From NCBI GenBank assembly GCA_963795855.1, contig CAWCIZ010000001.1, positions 224,001 through 288,000 of the forward strand: a DNA stretch of 64,000 nt, given 5' to 3'. Source of the stretch: Vulcanimicrobiota bacterium (lineage in GTDB: Bacteria > Vulcanimicrobiota > Vulcanimicrobiia > Vulcanimicrobiales > Vulcanimicrobiaceae). Position numbers and translations under genes: made by a program. Positions 44,943-57,324 of the stretch are shown one piece after another. Position 1 is the first letter of the stretch. Every line of letters begins with the position of its first letter. The notes under the pieces were generated by a model, which was given only the letters and a program-made list of their open reading frames with translations, did not search any database and had not been told where the DNA came from.

Positions 44943-45774
44943 AGAATCTGCTCGCGGCCTTCGGCGTGCGCACGGAAAAGGCCGAGGTCGCGCGTGAAAC
45001 GGGGCTGCGCCTGCAAGACAAGGTCGCGATCGTCACGGGCGGAGACACGGGCATCGGCAAGGCGATTTGTTTGGCGATGGCGCGCGAAGGAGCGAAAGTC
45101 GTCATCGACTATCACGGCGACGAAGCGCCGGCGCACGGCTCTCGTGCGCGAGATTCAGAGCTTCGGCGGAACGGCATGCGAGATCGGTCTGGACGTTTCC
45201 AAGCCGGAAGACGTGCAGCGGCTGGTCGCGGCCGCCGTCGAGCGATACGGCAAACTGGACATCATGGTCAACAACGCCGGCATTGAAGACGAGCGCCCTT
45301 TCCTGGAGATGACGCTCGAGAACTATCTCGAAGACGATCGCGGTGAATCTCACCGGCACCTGGATCGGCTGTCAAGCGGCCGCGCAGCAAATGGCGGCGC
45401 AAGGGCGCGGCGGACGCATCATCAACATCTCGTCCATTCACGAAGAAATCACGATGCCGACGAACGCCGCGTATTGCGCGAGCAAAGGCGGGATCCGCAT
45501 GCTGACGCGCACCATCGCCGTCGAATTGGCCGAGTACGGCATCACGGTAAATGACGTGTGTCCCGGCGCGATCGACACGCCGCTCGACAAACCCGTGAAG
45601 CGCGATCCGCAAAAGATGAACCAGCTGCTCTCCGAAATTCCCATGCGGCGCATGGGCAAACCTGATGAGGTCGCGCAGCTCTGCGTGTATCTCGCATCGG
45701 AGGACGCGGCTTACGTGACGGGCGCCTCGCTGTTCATCGACGGAGGCATGAGTAAGCAATCCGGATCGTTGTAG
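44939..45774 (+). CDS. Glucose 1-dehydrogenase-like SDR (frameshifted)
   Basis: TGGDTGIG, VNNAG, SSIHE and YCASK motifs. Confidence 0.9.
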
Positions 45775-45798
45775 CACGGCTCGCCGCGAGGCGCGCGG

Positions 45799-48250
45799 AT
45801 GATCGCTAAAGTCAGCGGTCCCGGGCACCGCATCTCGACGTACGAGATCTCCGATCAGCAAATGTCCGCCGGCAGCACGCTCGGCGGCCCGAAGGCGACG
45901 ATGTGGATCAAACCCACCGGCGCGATCGAGAAATTCTGGTCGATCGATGCCGGTGCGTTGATGTTCGAAACGCTCGTGCTGCACCACTGGGACGAACGCA
46001 CGGGCATTCCGCTCACGCCGCTGCCGGGGCAATACGTCATCCATCCCGATCATCAAGAACATCTTTTCGAACTTTCAAACGGTCTGACGATTCACGAGGA
46101 TATGTTCGTGCTCAGCAGCGCGCCGCGCGGAGACGGCCATCGCGAGGTAGACCCGCCTGCCGCGTATTGCTTAGTGGAAATCAGCGAACGACGCCGAAGA
46201 AGAACGTTCAAGTTGCGACCTATGCCTCGTTGCAACTGCGGGGCAGTTTCGGCGGCTCCGTCGGCGTCGAATACAGCGATCGCCATCACGCGTTCGTGGT
46301 TCGAACGAGCGAATCGGATCGGATCGTCCGCTACGCGGCGTGTTCGGTAAAACCAACCACGTACGAGGTCACGCTCGACACCGCGAAAGCCAACGCGCAG
46401 GATTTTCCCGGAAAGCTTTCGGGTCGCTGCATGGAAACGGCGGCGGCCGACGTCACCGGCATTTTTCACCTCTCGCACCGGCTGCGTCCCGGAGAGAGGA
46501 AGCGTTTCTCATTCGTGCTGACGTTTTCGCTCGAAGGCGAGGACGCTGCGCGCGCAACGCTCGAAGGCCTGCCGCATGCCGAGGATGCGCTCGCGCGAAC
46601 GCGCGCGCATTTCGACGACGTGCTCGGCCGGGCGGTCGTAATGACGCCGGATCCGGAAGTGAATCGTGGCGTGCTGTGGGCGAAAGCGAACATGCTGCGC
46701 GTGGAATCGCTTTCGCCGCAAGGATGGGCTTTCACCAACGATCCGACGCGCTCGAACAACAGCGTCGGGCGCGACACCGCGTGGTTCGCGTTCGGATCGG
46801 ATTACATCACGCGCGCATTTTTCGCGCGAATCGCTGCTGTGGTACGCCGATCACATCGAGCCCGACGGCATCGCCGTCGAGTACTTCGATATTCGAACCG
46901 GCGAGAGCAGCGACGACGGACTGAACATCAACGACGACACGCCGCTGATCATCCTTGCGTTCTGGCATCACTACAACACGACCGGCGACCGCGAGTTTCT
47001 GGAATACGTCTATCCGCAAGCGGTGCGCATGGCGAAATACATTTTGAGCCAGCGCAACGAGCAGGGGCTGGTGTGGTGCACGTCCGACGGAACCGACGTG
47101 CGCGGCATCGTCGGCTGGCGCAACGTGATCGCGAATTACCGCCTGTCGGGCGCAACGACCGAACTGAATTCCGAATGCTATGCCGCGCTGCGAACGATTT
47201 GCATGATGGCGGAAGAACTCGGACACACGGAGGACTCCGACGCGTACGGGCAAGCGGCGCGGCGATCTTCGCCAGGCGATCAACGAGCATCTTCTCGACA
47301 AAAACCGCGGCGTGTACTATCTGAACATCGACGTCGACGGCACCAAGCGCACCGACGTCACGTCGGACTTGGTGTTTCCCGTGATGTTCGGCGTTGCCGA
47401 TCACGAAACGTCGGCGACGATCGTCTCGCGTCTGTCCGTGCCGGAGTTCTGGAGTGAAGCGGGCATTCACACCGTGCCGCGCACGTCGATCATGTACGGT
47501 CCGACGCACGGTTTCGGGCTCCTGGGCGGCATTTGGGTCGGCGTGACGTTCTGGTTTGCGTTTGCGGCGGCGGCGTTCAACCCGGAGTTCATGGCGTACG
47601 CGCTCTCGGTGAGTTTCAAACACTACTCGATGGATCCGCGCCGCAACAACACGGTGCCCGGTCAGTTTTCCGAGTGGCTGCACGGCGAAACGCTCGTCAA
47701 CCAAGGAATGATGCTCTCGCCGTGGTTTCCGCCGCGCTACGTGTGGGCCGCCATCGAAGGCGCCGCGGGACTCGACATGTCCGGCAGCAAGCCGAATCTC
47801 GTGCCGCGCCCGGCGCGCGATTGGAAGTGGCTCGGCGTGCGCAACCTGCCGCTGCGCGGCAAAGACATCTCGTGGTTTGCCGTGCGGCTGGACGAGCTCC
47901 GCGTGTACGCGAACTTACCCGTTCCAATCGGTTGACGCGGCGCGGCGATATCGAGGACGACATTTCCGCTGCAATGCACGTGACGGGTGACGAAGCCGTG
48001 GTCATCGGGCTGCGGCGCGACGACCGCATCGTAATTCTCATCGGCAACACGCGCGATCGCACGGTAACGACGGCGCTCTCCTTGCGCGACGGCAGCTTCG
48101 ACCGTTTTCGGAAGCTGCGCGTGTATACCAGCCTGCGCTCGGAATGGATCGACGCCCCGGAATACAAGCCGGATCACCTGCGTCGTCGGCTATCCCATAC
48201 AAATCGACCGGCACGGCTTTTGTCTGCTGGAACTGTCAACGGAGGAATAA
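45799..48250 (+). CDS. (alpha/alpha)6 glycoside hydrolase (amylo-alpha-1,6-glucosidase-like; frameshifted)
   Basis: VGRDTAW, INDDTPL, LGGIWVGVT and GQFSEW motifs. Confidence 0.7.
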
Positions 48251-49108
48251 TGTCCCGCGGTTATCGGTTCGGGTTCAGTGAGTTCACGACGTGGCCTTGG
48301 TCGTTCAAGCAGGACGTCGAACATTATAAGGCGGAGGGCGCCGACTGCATCGAAGTGTGCGAGTTCAAGCTCGCGCACAACGACTACGGCGAGCAGCTGG
48401 AGTACATCGACAAGCAAGGCATGACGCGTCGCTTCGGTGCAGGCGAAAGTGCACTCGATATTCGTCGATTCCATGGCGACCACGCCCAAGGATCCGCAAG
48501 ATCGGGTCCACGCGATCAAGGAAGCGATTGCGCTGAGCGCTCCACACTTGCCAAAGAGTACGCCCTTCGTCGTAATCACCGGTGTTCCACCCGAAGGCAA
48601 TATGCGCAAAGCGGTCGATACGACGGTGGAATCGCTCAAAGAACTGGGCGAGTACGCGGCCAAACGCGACATGAAGATCGCTTTTGAACCGCTCAATCCC
48701 ATCAACGTAAACACCGACACGGCGGTGTGGGGTTTGGATCACGGCTTGGAACTCGTGGAAAAGGTGAACCATCCCGCAGTCGGCATCTGCATCGACACGT
48801 GGAACATTTGGGAAACGCCGAATCTCGAAGAAGTCATCCGGCAGTGCGGCGACCGCATCTTCCTCGTTCAACTCAGCGATTGGAAGATGCCGCGCTCGAC
48901 GGCCGATCGCTACACGCTCGGAGACGGGGAGATTCCGCTCGCGAATCTCATCCGCGCTATCCGGACCACGGCATACCAAGGACCGTGGGTCGTGGAGATT
49001 TTATCTTCGTTTCATCTCGAAGGCTCGCTTTGGAAAGCGGACATGTCCGAGGTGCTGCGCAAAAATCACGAAGCTTTCGACCGTCTCTGGCAGCAAACCG
49101 GCACGTAA
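48250..49108 (+). CDS. Sugar phosphate isomerase/epimerase (TIM barrel; frameshifted)
   Basis: IAFEPLN, CIDTWN, VQLSD, GDGEIP and VEI motifs. Confidence 0.88.
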
Positions 49109-49115
49109 CGCCCGC

Positions 49116-50315
49116 GTGAGGAGCGAGTTCGCCGCGTATTTCGTCGCGCGGCAAATGGGCTTGCTCGGCGTTCAGCGTCGAGGACGTTGCCGTTTCGCTG
49201 GCAGATCTTTCGCTGCGTCACAGCCCGCTCGATCTCGGCCTGGTGGGACTCGTGCTGTTTTTGCCGCAACTGCTGCTTGCGCTTCCGGCGGGAGTGCTGG
49301 CCGACCGCGCGGATCGCCGCGCAATCGTCATCGTGTCCTCGTTTACCGAGGCGCTCGGCCTGGGCGGATTCATCGCGCTCGTCGTCCTGCGCGTCCACTC
49401 CGTGCCCGTGTATCTGGGCGCCGTCGCATTTATCGGCATCGCGCATTCGATGGGGACGCCCGCGCAGCGGTCGCTGCTCGTCAACATCGTCGAAACGGCG
49501 CAGTTCGTTCGCGCTCAAGCGCTCACGTCGTCGATTGGGCAATTGGTGACGATTGCCGGACCTGCGCTCGGCGGCGCGCTCATCGCGATCTGAACGCCGA
49601 TCGCTTTCGCGGCGGCTGCCGCGGCCTACATCGTCGCAACGTGCGCCTTCATGTTTTTGAAACGCCATGCCGTCGAATACGAGGACGTGCCGGTGCGTGC
49701 ACGCCGCGCTGGAAGGCGTGCGGTTCATCTTTCGACCGCCGAATTATTTTGGCAGCGATCTCGCTGGATCTCTTCGCCGTGCTGTTCGGCGGCGCGACTG
49801 CGCTGCTGCCGGTCTTCGCTACGACGATTCTGCACGTCGGCCCGACGGGTTTCGGCATATTGCGCGCCGCGCCGGCCGCCGGTGCAGCAGTCGTAGCAGG
49901 CTACGTCGCACGGCATTCGCTCGAACGCGGCGCCGGGCGTCTGTTGCTGCTTTGCGTGTCGGGATTCGGCGCCGCCACGATCGTGTTCGGACTCTCGCGC
50001 AATTTCGTTCTTTCCGTCGCGGCTCTGGTGCTGACCGGCGCCTTCGATATGGTGAGCGTCGTGATACGCAGCGCTTTGGTTCAATTGCGAACGCCGAATG
50101 AAATGCGCGGCCGGGTAGGCGCCGTCGAGAACGTGTTCATCGGCGCTTCGAACGAACTGGGTGCGTTCGAATCGGGCGCGATCGCGTCGCTTATCGGGAC
50201 GCGGGAGTCTGTCGTGCTGGGCGGAGTCGCGACGCTCGCGGTGATTGCGCTCTGGTCGGTGCTGTTTCCGGAACTTCGGCAGTTCGAAGTGCTGGAACGC
50301 GATACCAGCCCGTAA
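49116..50315 (+). CDS. MFS transporter (MFS_3-like; frameshifted)
   Basis: GVLADRADRR, SLDLFAVLFGGATALLP and FIGASNELGAFESG motifs. Confidence 0.88.
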   Translation: MRSEFAAYFVARQMGLLGVQRRGRCRFAGRSFAASQPARSRPGGTRAVFAATAACASGGSAGRPRGSPRNRHRVLVYRGARPGRIHRARRPARPLRARVSGRRRIYRHRAFDGDARAAVAARQHRRNGAVRSRSSAHVVDWAIGDDCRTCARRRAHRDLNADRFRGGCRGLHRRNVRLHVFETPCRRIRGRAGACTPRWKACGSSFDRRIILAAISLDLFAVLFGGATALLPVFATTILHVGPTGFGILRAAPAAGAAVVAGYVARHSLERGAGRLLLLCVSGFGAATIVFGLSRNFVLSVAALVLTGAFDMVSVVIRSALVQLRTPNEMRGRVGAVENVFIGASNELGAFESGAIASLIGTRESVVLGGVATLAVIALWSVLFPELRQFEVLERDTSP

Positions 50316-50861
50316 TCATCGAGCGTACGTTGTTGCGCAGCCCGGTCGTCGCGACCATCACCATATGCCCTGCAAAGAAGAGGACGAGTTCGATCGCGAA
50401 CCCGACATGCCAAATCGAAGCGGTACGTTTGCCGAAAATCGCAGCCAGCGGCGTTTGAAGCGGCGAATGTTTCCAGAGCGCCAAGCCGGTCGCTGCGATG
50501 AGCGGGCCGATCAAAAGCAGCACGATCGTGTACGCCAGTTTCTGCAGCGGATTGTAGTCGGCGTAGGCCGGCGGATCTTTACGCAGCCGCAGATAGTAGC
50601 GCGGTCATCGGCACGATGCCGGCCGGATCTTTCGCGCCGAAAAGCAGTTTGCCGAATTCGCCGCTGAGGATTGCCGACGTCACGTACACGACGCCGCTCG
50701 CGAGCATGGCAAGGCCGAAGTATTGATGTATTTGCGCGGCCTTGAGCGGCATCCAGTGCTGATGAAAGTACATTTGCGCGCCGCTCACCGCGAGACCCGA
50801 GAAAGGAGATGAAGAAGGTGGCGTGAGTGATGCGCGTGACCGCCGAGTGCCGGTAGACCAT
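50191..50861 (-). CDS. Cytochrome b/b6 domain membrane protein (YdhU-like; frameshifted, 3' end uncertain)
   Basis: YRHSAVTRITH, YNPLQKLAY, GHMVMV and RSMITGW motifs. Confidence 0.8.
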
Positions 50862-51044
50862 AGCGCAGTCTACGCGCGCGATTCTGATAAGCTCCGAGAG
50901 TGCCGGCCTCTCATGAAACTCTCATAACGCCGCGCCTCCGACACTTATCAGCAATCGCGCGATCATACAACACAAATGATAGGCAAAGTGCAAAGTCCCG
51001 CCATTCCGTCGCTCCCTCGACTCAGCGGCCTGGCGGATATCTCA

Positions 51045-52539
51045 ATGCGCACAAATTGGCAGCGGCTTTCGTCTCGCTGCTGCTGATCGCGGCGATCGTC
51101 GCCGGCGTCGCTCGTTTCGACGCGCACGCAGGCGAGCGCGCATACGAAACACAACCGGTCGCGCGCCAAGACTTGACGCAGAGCGTCACGGCGTCGGGCA
51201 CCGTGAATCCGCAAAACACCGTCAACGTCGGCACGCAGGTGTCCGGCACGATTCCGGCCATCTACGTGGACTACAATAGTAAGGTCCGCAAGGGGCAGGT
51301 GCTCGCGCGTCTGGACACCAGCCAGCTGCAGGCGCAGTTGGCGCAGGCGAAGGCATCCGTCGCGCAGGCACAGGCGCAAGCGAATGCGCAAGTCGAGAAA
51401 GCGCGCAGGAGCGCAGGCGAACACCGGCGGACTCAAGCCGCCATCGACTCCGCGCAAGCAGGCGTTTCTAAGAGCCAGAGCGCGCTCGAACGTTGCCAAG
51501 GAAACGGTTGCGCGCGATAACGCGCTGACTCGCAAGGCTACATTTCGCAAAGCCAATTGGACGCGGACCAATCGGCGGCCGTGGCGGCGCAAAGCGCGCT
51601 TGCGCCGGCGCAAGCGGCGCTGGTTCAAAGCCGCGCGCAAACCGATTCCTCGACGAATTCGCAGGCCGGAGCCGCGCAAGACACCGCGTCAGGCGGCGCA
51701 GGCCGGCGTTGCGGCCGCTCAGGCGCAGGTCGAGCAGGATGAATTGAACATTCAGCGCGCCGTCATCACCTCACCGGTCGACGGCACCGTCATCGCTCGC
51801 GACGTTTCCGTGGGTCAAACCGTTGCGGCAAGTTTGCAGACGCCGACGCTGTTTTCGATAGCGCAAAACCTGCATAAGATGGAAGTCGACATCAACGTGG
51901 GCGAACCGGACATCGGCAACGTTCGTCCGGGCGACGCCGTCAGCTTCAGCGTGCTGGCCTATCCGAATCAGACGTTCACCGGCACAGTCTCGCAGGTGCG
52001 CGTCAATCCGACGACCGTCAATAACGTCGTGACGTACACCGTCATCACGCTGGTCAACAATCCGAACAACGCGCTGCTTCCGGGAATGACGGCAAACGCC
52101 ACGATCGAGGTGAAGACCGCGAAGAACGCGCTCGTCGTACCGACGCAAGCGCTCAGCTTCCGGCCCACCGGGACGTCTCAGCGCACCATCGCACGCACGC
52201 GTCGTCGGCCTCTGCTTCCAACGCGAGTTCGCCGCGGTTTGCGGCGCTGCATCTCCGTGGGGACAAACCGCGGCCGGCGCATCTGGAAGCGTAACGTCGG
52301 GCGGCACAGGCATGGTGTTCGTCCAGCAAAACGGCAAGCCGGCACCGGTGCGCGTACGCATCGACTTGGTCAGCGGCGCGCAAGCCGCAGTGACGCCGCT
52401 GCGTGGAAGCTTGAATCCCGGCGACACCGTCATCCTTTCGAGCGGAGGGGCGCAGACGGCGCACACCTCGACCGCATCGCACTCGGGCGGTCCGGGCGGT
52501 TCGAGCGGCATGGGCAGTCTCGGGCGGGCGTTACGTTAA
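51045..52539 (+). CDS. Efflux periplasmic adaptor subunit (MacA-like; frameshifted)
   Basis: VGTQVSG, VDYNSKVRKGQ, ITSPVDG and GQTVAASLQTPTLF motifs. Confidence 0.9.
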
Positions 52540-53253
52540 TGCAGCCGGTCGTTCGTGGAGAGAACTTGCGCAAAATCTACGATCTCGGCTCGCAGCAAGT
52601 CACGGGTATCGCCGGTGTGGACCTGACGATCGCACCCGGCGAATTCCTCGCCGTGATGGGACCGTCAGGTTCGGGAAAATCGACATTCATGCATATCATC
52701 GGACTGCTCGACGAGCCGACCGACGGACTTTATGAATTCGAAGGCAGCGACGTCTCGCGCCTGAGCGAGGACGAGCGCGCGGACATTCGCAGCCGGCGTC
52801 TCGGATTCGTCTTCCAATCGTACAATCTGCTTCCGCGTACGACGGCGGTGGAAAACGTGGAACTGCCGATGCTCTACGCGGGCGTTCCCGATTCGGAGCG
52901 CCGTCGAATAGCGCTCGAAAAGATGCAACTCGTCGGCGTCGCGCATCTCGCAAATCATGCGCCGAACCAAATGTCGGGCGGTCAGCAGCAGCGCGTGGCC
53001 ATCGCGCGTTCGCTGGTCAACAATCCCGCACTGATTTTGGCGGACGAGCCGACGGGCGCGCTGGACACGAAAACCTCGCAGGAAGTCATGCAACTCTTCA
53101 CCCGGCTGAACGAAGAACACGGAATCACGATTCTGCTCGTGACGCACGAATCGGACGTCGCGGCGTATGCCAAACGCGTCGTGACATTTAGAGACGGAAG
53201 GATCGTGTCGGACTCGATCCGCGCGCCGCGCGCGCGAGGCGGTGCCAGCATGA
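52539..53253 (+). CDS. ABC ATP-binding protein (MacB/LolD-like); as read, in frame with the downstream permease
   Basis: GPSGSGKST, MSGGQQQR, LADEPTG and VTHE motifs. Confidence 0.92.
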
Positions 53254-54462
53254 AGACCACGATGAAAGTTGCGCTCGATGCGCTGCTGCGCAACCGCGTT
53301 CGTTCGCTGCTGACCATGCTCGGCGTCATCATCGGTGTCGCGGCGGTCATCGTCACGGTCGCGATCGGCAACGGCGCGCGCGTGTCCGTGCAGAACCAAA
53401 TCAACTCACTCGGCAGCAACATGGTCGTCGTGTTGCCCGGCAGCGTTACGCAGGGCGGTGCGCGCAGCGGATTCGGCGGCGCGTCGACGCTCACGCCGGA
53501 CGACGGCATGGCGATCGCGAAACTGCCCGGCGTGGCAGCCGTCTCGCCGAGCGTCACCGTTCGCTCGCAGGTCGTCTCCGGCGGCAACAACTGGCAAACC
53601 CAGATTACCGGCGTCGCGCCGACCTACACGTTCATTCGCAGTTGGCCGATGGCGAGTGGAACGTTTTTCTCGCAGAACGACGTGCTCTGCGCCAACAAAG
53701 TCGCCGTTCTCGGTCAGACGGTCGTGCAGAATCTGTTTCCGGACGGCTCGTCGCCGCTGGGAAAGGCCGTGATCATTCAAGGCGTTCCGTTCACCGTCGT
53801 GGGCACGCTCTCGCCGCTCGGTCAGAGCGGCATGGGGCAAGATCAGGATGATACGATTCTGATCCCGTATACTGCCGCTATGCAGCGATTGACGGGTCAG
53901 ACGACGGTGAACTCGCTCATGGTGTCCGCGAGCGATGCGCAGCACGTGCAGACCGGTGCAAACGGAAGTCACGACGCTGCTCGAACAGCGGCATCGGATT
54001 ACGCCGCCGCAGCAAGATGACTTCTCGGTGCGAAATCTGCAGGACATCGCCGCGGCGGCATCCTCGACCAGCGCAGTCATGGAGTTTCTGCTCGCCGGCG
54101 TTGCGGCAGTATCGCTGCTCGTCGGCGGCATCGGCATCATGAACATCATGCTGGTCTCCGTTACGGAACGCACGCGCGAAATCGGTCTGCGCATGGCGCT
54201 CGGCGCGCGGGCGGCGGTGATTTTGCGGCAATTCCTCACGGAGTCGATGGTGCTTTCGAGCGCGGGCGGCCTCATCGGCGTGCTCGTCGGCTTGATCGGC
54301 ACGCAAATCGTCGCGCTTCTCGCAAAGTGGCCGGTTACGGTTCCCGGCGCGTGGATGGCGTTCGCGGTGTGCTTCTCCGCGATGGTCGGCGTGTTCTTCG
54401 GATATTATCCCGCGCGCAAGGCTTCGGCTCTGCGGCCGATCGAGGCGCTGCGATTCGAATGA
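53250..54462 (+). CDS. MacB-like ABC permease (frameshifted)
   Basis: RSLLTMLGVIIG and GGIGIMNIMLVSVTERTREIG motifs. Confidence 0.92.
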
Positions 54463-55130
54463 GCCGCGTCCTGGTCGTCGACGACGAACGGCGTATCCGC
54501 GAACTGCTGGAGCTGAGTCTGTCGCATCACGGCTACGACGTTCGTTGCGCCGCCGACGGTCAGGAGGCACTCGCGCGGCGAAAGAGTTCGAGCCGGATAT
54601 CGTCGTGCTCGACGTCATGATGCCGAAAATCGACGGCATCGCGCTTCTGCCGATGCTTCGGCGCGTCACCGATGCGCCGGTCATCATGCTCAGCGCGAAA
54701 GGAGAAGTCGAGGACAAAGTCCAGGGACTCACGCACGGCGCGGACGACTACATGAGCAAGCCATTCGAACTCGATGAACTGGTCGCGCACATCGAAGCAA
54801 AACTGCGCCGCCCGCGGCTGGAGCACCGCGAAGTTCTCGGCTTCGAGGATCTCAGCGTCGATTTGGAGACGCATGTCGTCGAACGCGCGGGGCGCCCCAT
54901 CGACCTCTCTCCGCTCGAATACACCCTGCTGATAACGCTGCTGCGCAGGCCGCGGCGCGTCTTCACCCGCGACGATCTGCTCGAGCTCGGTTTGGGGCGA
55001 CGAGAAAGACGTCACGCCGGCCGCGGTCGAGCGGTACATTTCGTACCTGCGCGCCAAGGTCGACGACGGATTCGAACAGCGCCTCATCCATACTGTGCGC
55101 GGCGTCGGCTACACGCTGCGTTCCGAGTAG
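54459..55130 (+). CDS. OmpR-family response regulator (frameshifted)
   Basis: [22 protein letters not shown] and HTVRGVGY motifs. Confidence 0.92.
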
Positions 55131-55133
55131 CGC

Positions 55134-56495
55134 GTGTTCGATTCGTTTCGCGCGCGCATCACACGCGGATACGTCCTTCTCGCGTTCGCGATCATCATCG
55201 CGATAGTCGGTGCATCGTCCGCGCTCGCGTTTCTGCTGTTTTCGCGCGGCATGACCGACGAAATCGCCAACACCTCGCAGCGCGCTTCGGCCACGGCCTC
55301 GCAAGTGCTGAGCGCGGGCACGCCTTTGCAGCAGGCCGCGCCGCAGATTCTCGCCGCGATGGGCCGCTCGCGTTTTGAGGTGCGCATCTTCGACGCGCAG
55401 GGTCACCGGATCGCGCAGAACGAGCGGGAAGAAAGCGGAAGCGCCGGCCACGCGTTCGCGAGCGCTTTCGCGCGGTCGATCGGTTTGCCGCGAGCGCGCG
55501 TTCCGGTTGCCGGCGGGACGATCGTGATCGCTCCGGACGTCGACCGCTTCGGCGCGCTGCTGCTGTGGTATTGGTCGATCATGCTGCCCATCGGCGCTCT
55601 CGCAATTCTGCTCGCGTGGCTTGCCGGGCGGCGCATCACGGCTCGCGCCGTGGGGCCGCTGGCCGACGTTACCAAATCGCTGCACGTCATTGCGGCGGGC
55701 GATTTTTCTCCGCAGCCGCTGCTCGCCGGCAGCAGCGAGATGCGCGAACTCACCGGTGCTTATAACGAAGTCGCATACAGTCTTGCAAACGCGACGGCGG
55801 AACGCGCTCGAACCGAAGCGCAGATGCGCCAGTTCATCGCGGATGCGGGCCACGAACTGCGCACGCCGCTGACGGTCGTGATGGGCTACTTGGACGCGCT
55901 TCGGCGCGGCATCGTTCACGATCCGGAAGGAACGCGCCGCACGTACGAGACGATGCTGGACGAGAGCCGCAAGATGCGCGCTCTGATAGAAAAACTCATT
56001 TTGCTCGCGCGTCTGGAGCGCGCACCCGCTTCAATGCTCGAACCGCTCGATATCGCCGCCGTGACGGCCGGCGCCGCCGAATCGCTGCGGCCGCTTGCGA
56101 ACGGTCGCATTCAGTTGCAGACCATGCGGCACGCAATCGTCACCGCGAGCGAAGCCGAATTGCACGAGGCGATCAAGAACGCAATCGACAACGCGCTGAA
56201 ATACGCGCCCGAATCAAACGTGGACGTGAGCGTGGAACTGGAAGACGAATCAGCGTGCGTCTACGTCCGCGATACCGGCCCCGGGATGGAGCCGCAAGAC
56301 GTCGCGCACGCCTTCGATCGCTTCTATCGCGGCAGCACGCGCGGGGACACCGAAGGTTCGGGCCTCGGACTAGCGATCGCCAAGTTGGCGGTCGAGCGCG
56401 CCGGCGGAACGGCGAGCCTCGAAAGCGCGCTCGGTCGCGGCACTACCGTGCGGATCTGCTTGCCTCGCTCGGAGAAACCGCTGAGCGCGCCGTAG
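55134..56495 (+). CDS. HAMP sensor histidine kinase
   Basis: DAGHELRTPL, NALKY, DTGPG, FDRFYR and GSGLGL motifs. Confidence 0.95.
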   Translation: MFDSFRARITRGYVLLAFAIIIAIVGASSALAFLLFSRGMTDEIANTSQRASATASQVLSAGTPLQQAAPQILAAMGRSRFEVRIFDAQGHRIAQNEREESGSAGHAFASAFARSIGLPRARVPVAGGTIVIAPDVDRFGALLLWYWSIMLPIGALAILLAWLAGRRITARAVGPLADVTKSLHVIAAGDFSPQPLLAGSSEMRELTGAYNEVAYSLANATAERARTEAQMRQFIADAGHELRTPLTVVMGYLDALRRGIVHDPEGTRRTYETMLDESRKMRALIEKLILLARLERAPASMLEPLDIAAVTAGAAESLRPLANGRIQLQTMRHAIVTASEAELHEAIKNAIDNALKYAPESNVDVSVELEDESACVYVRDTGPGMEPQDVAHAFDRFYRGSTRGDTEGSGLGLAIAKLAVERAGGTASLESALGRGTTVRICLPRSEKPLSAP

Positions 56496-56508
56496 TGTCG
56501 TACGTACT

Positions 56509-56829
56509 ATGAAGCCGATTTCCGCAGCCGTCCTTGCCGCCGCACTGTGCGCCTGCCCGCTTTCCGCCCTGGCCGACACGAGTTCCGCAGTCAACCGCCT
56601 CATCGTGAATCAAGCCTTGCAGCAGCAAATGCAGAATCAGTTGAACACGCAGCAGATGCAATTGCGCGCTCAGCAAGATCTTTCGCGCGCCTCGCTGCAG
56701 AACGAAATGCAGCAGCAGAATGCGCAGCTGCAATACTTGCTGCTTCAGCAGCAGCTCGAAGTGCTCAAGATCGAACAGCGCTCGCTGCGCCACTCATCCG
56801 TTTCTCATCATCCGCACCGCAGTTCTTAG
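56509..56829 (+). CDS. Secreted Gln-rich small protein
   Basis: Signal peptide ending ALA-D; Q-rich helical body. Confidence 0.7.
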   Translation: MKPISAAVLAAALCACPLSALADTSSAVNRLIVNQALQQQMQNQLNTQQMQLRAQQDLSRASLQNEMQQQNAQLQYLLLQQQLEVLKIEQRSLRHSSVSHHPHRSS

Positions 56830-56862
56830 CCTTTTCTCTGACTTCGGTCGTACGCTTGGAGC

Positions 56863-57324
56863 ATGAAGATATCCATATTGCGCTCCGGCGTCGCGGCACT
56901 CGCGCTCGGCGGTGTGCTGGCCTCGGCAACCGCGTTGCCCGCCAGTGCAAGCACCAACACCACGCGGAACATCATCTACGGCGCTGCCGCAGCTGCGGCC
57001 GCGTTCACGCTCTACAACGTGGAGCACAAGCATCAGCTTGCGACCACGGTGCAAGGGTATCTGCCCGACGGATCGACCGTCTACGCCGACGGCCGCGTCG
57101 TTTCGCCCAACGGATACTCGTGGTATCCGGGCAACAACGGCGAAACGGTCGCGTGCAGCAACCAATACTGCTCGATTAACGGCAACAACAACAACGGCTA
57201 CGGCTACAACAACAACGGTTACGGCTACAACAACAACGGCTACGGCTATAACAACAACGGCGGCTACTACAACGGGCCGTACGGCGCGACCGTTCGCCAT
57301 GCGCGGCGCGGTCACGGCGGCTAA
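56863..57324 (+). CDS. Secreted protein with NNNGYGY repeats
   Basis: GGAG RBS; signal peptide ending ASA-S; low-complexity tail. Confidence 0.75.
   Translation: MKISILRSGVAALALGGVLASATALPASASTNTTRNIIYGAAAAAAAFTLYNVEHKHQLATTVQGYLPDGSTVYADGRVVSPNGYSWYPGNNGETVACSNQYCSINGNNNNGYGYNNNGYGYNNNGYGYNNNGGYYNGPYGATVRHARRGHGG
57187..57275 (+). repeat. 21-bp coding tandem repeat (AACAACAACGGCTACGGCTAC), three copies plus a partial one
   Basis: Directly visible; synonymous variation between copies. Confidence 0.9.

Noticed and set aside
51384..54020. 878-aa adaptor-ATPase-permease fusion
   Set aside because: The adaptor's real C-terminus is in another frame ending at 52539; the ATPase-permease fusion itself remains ambiguous.
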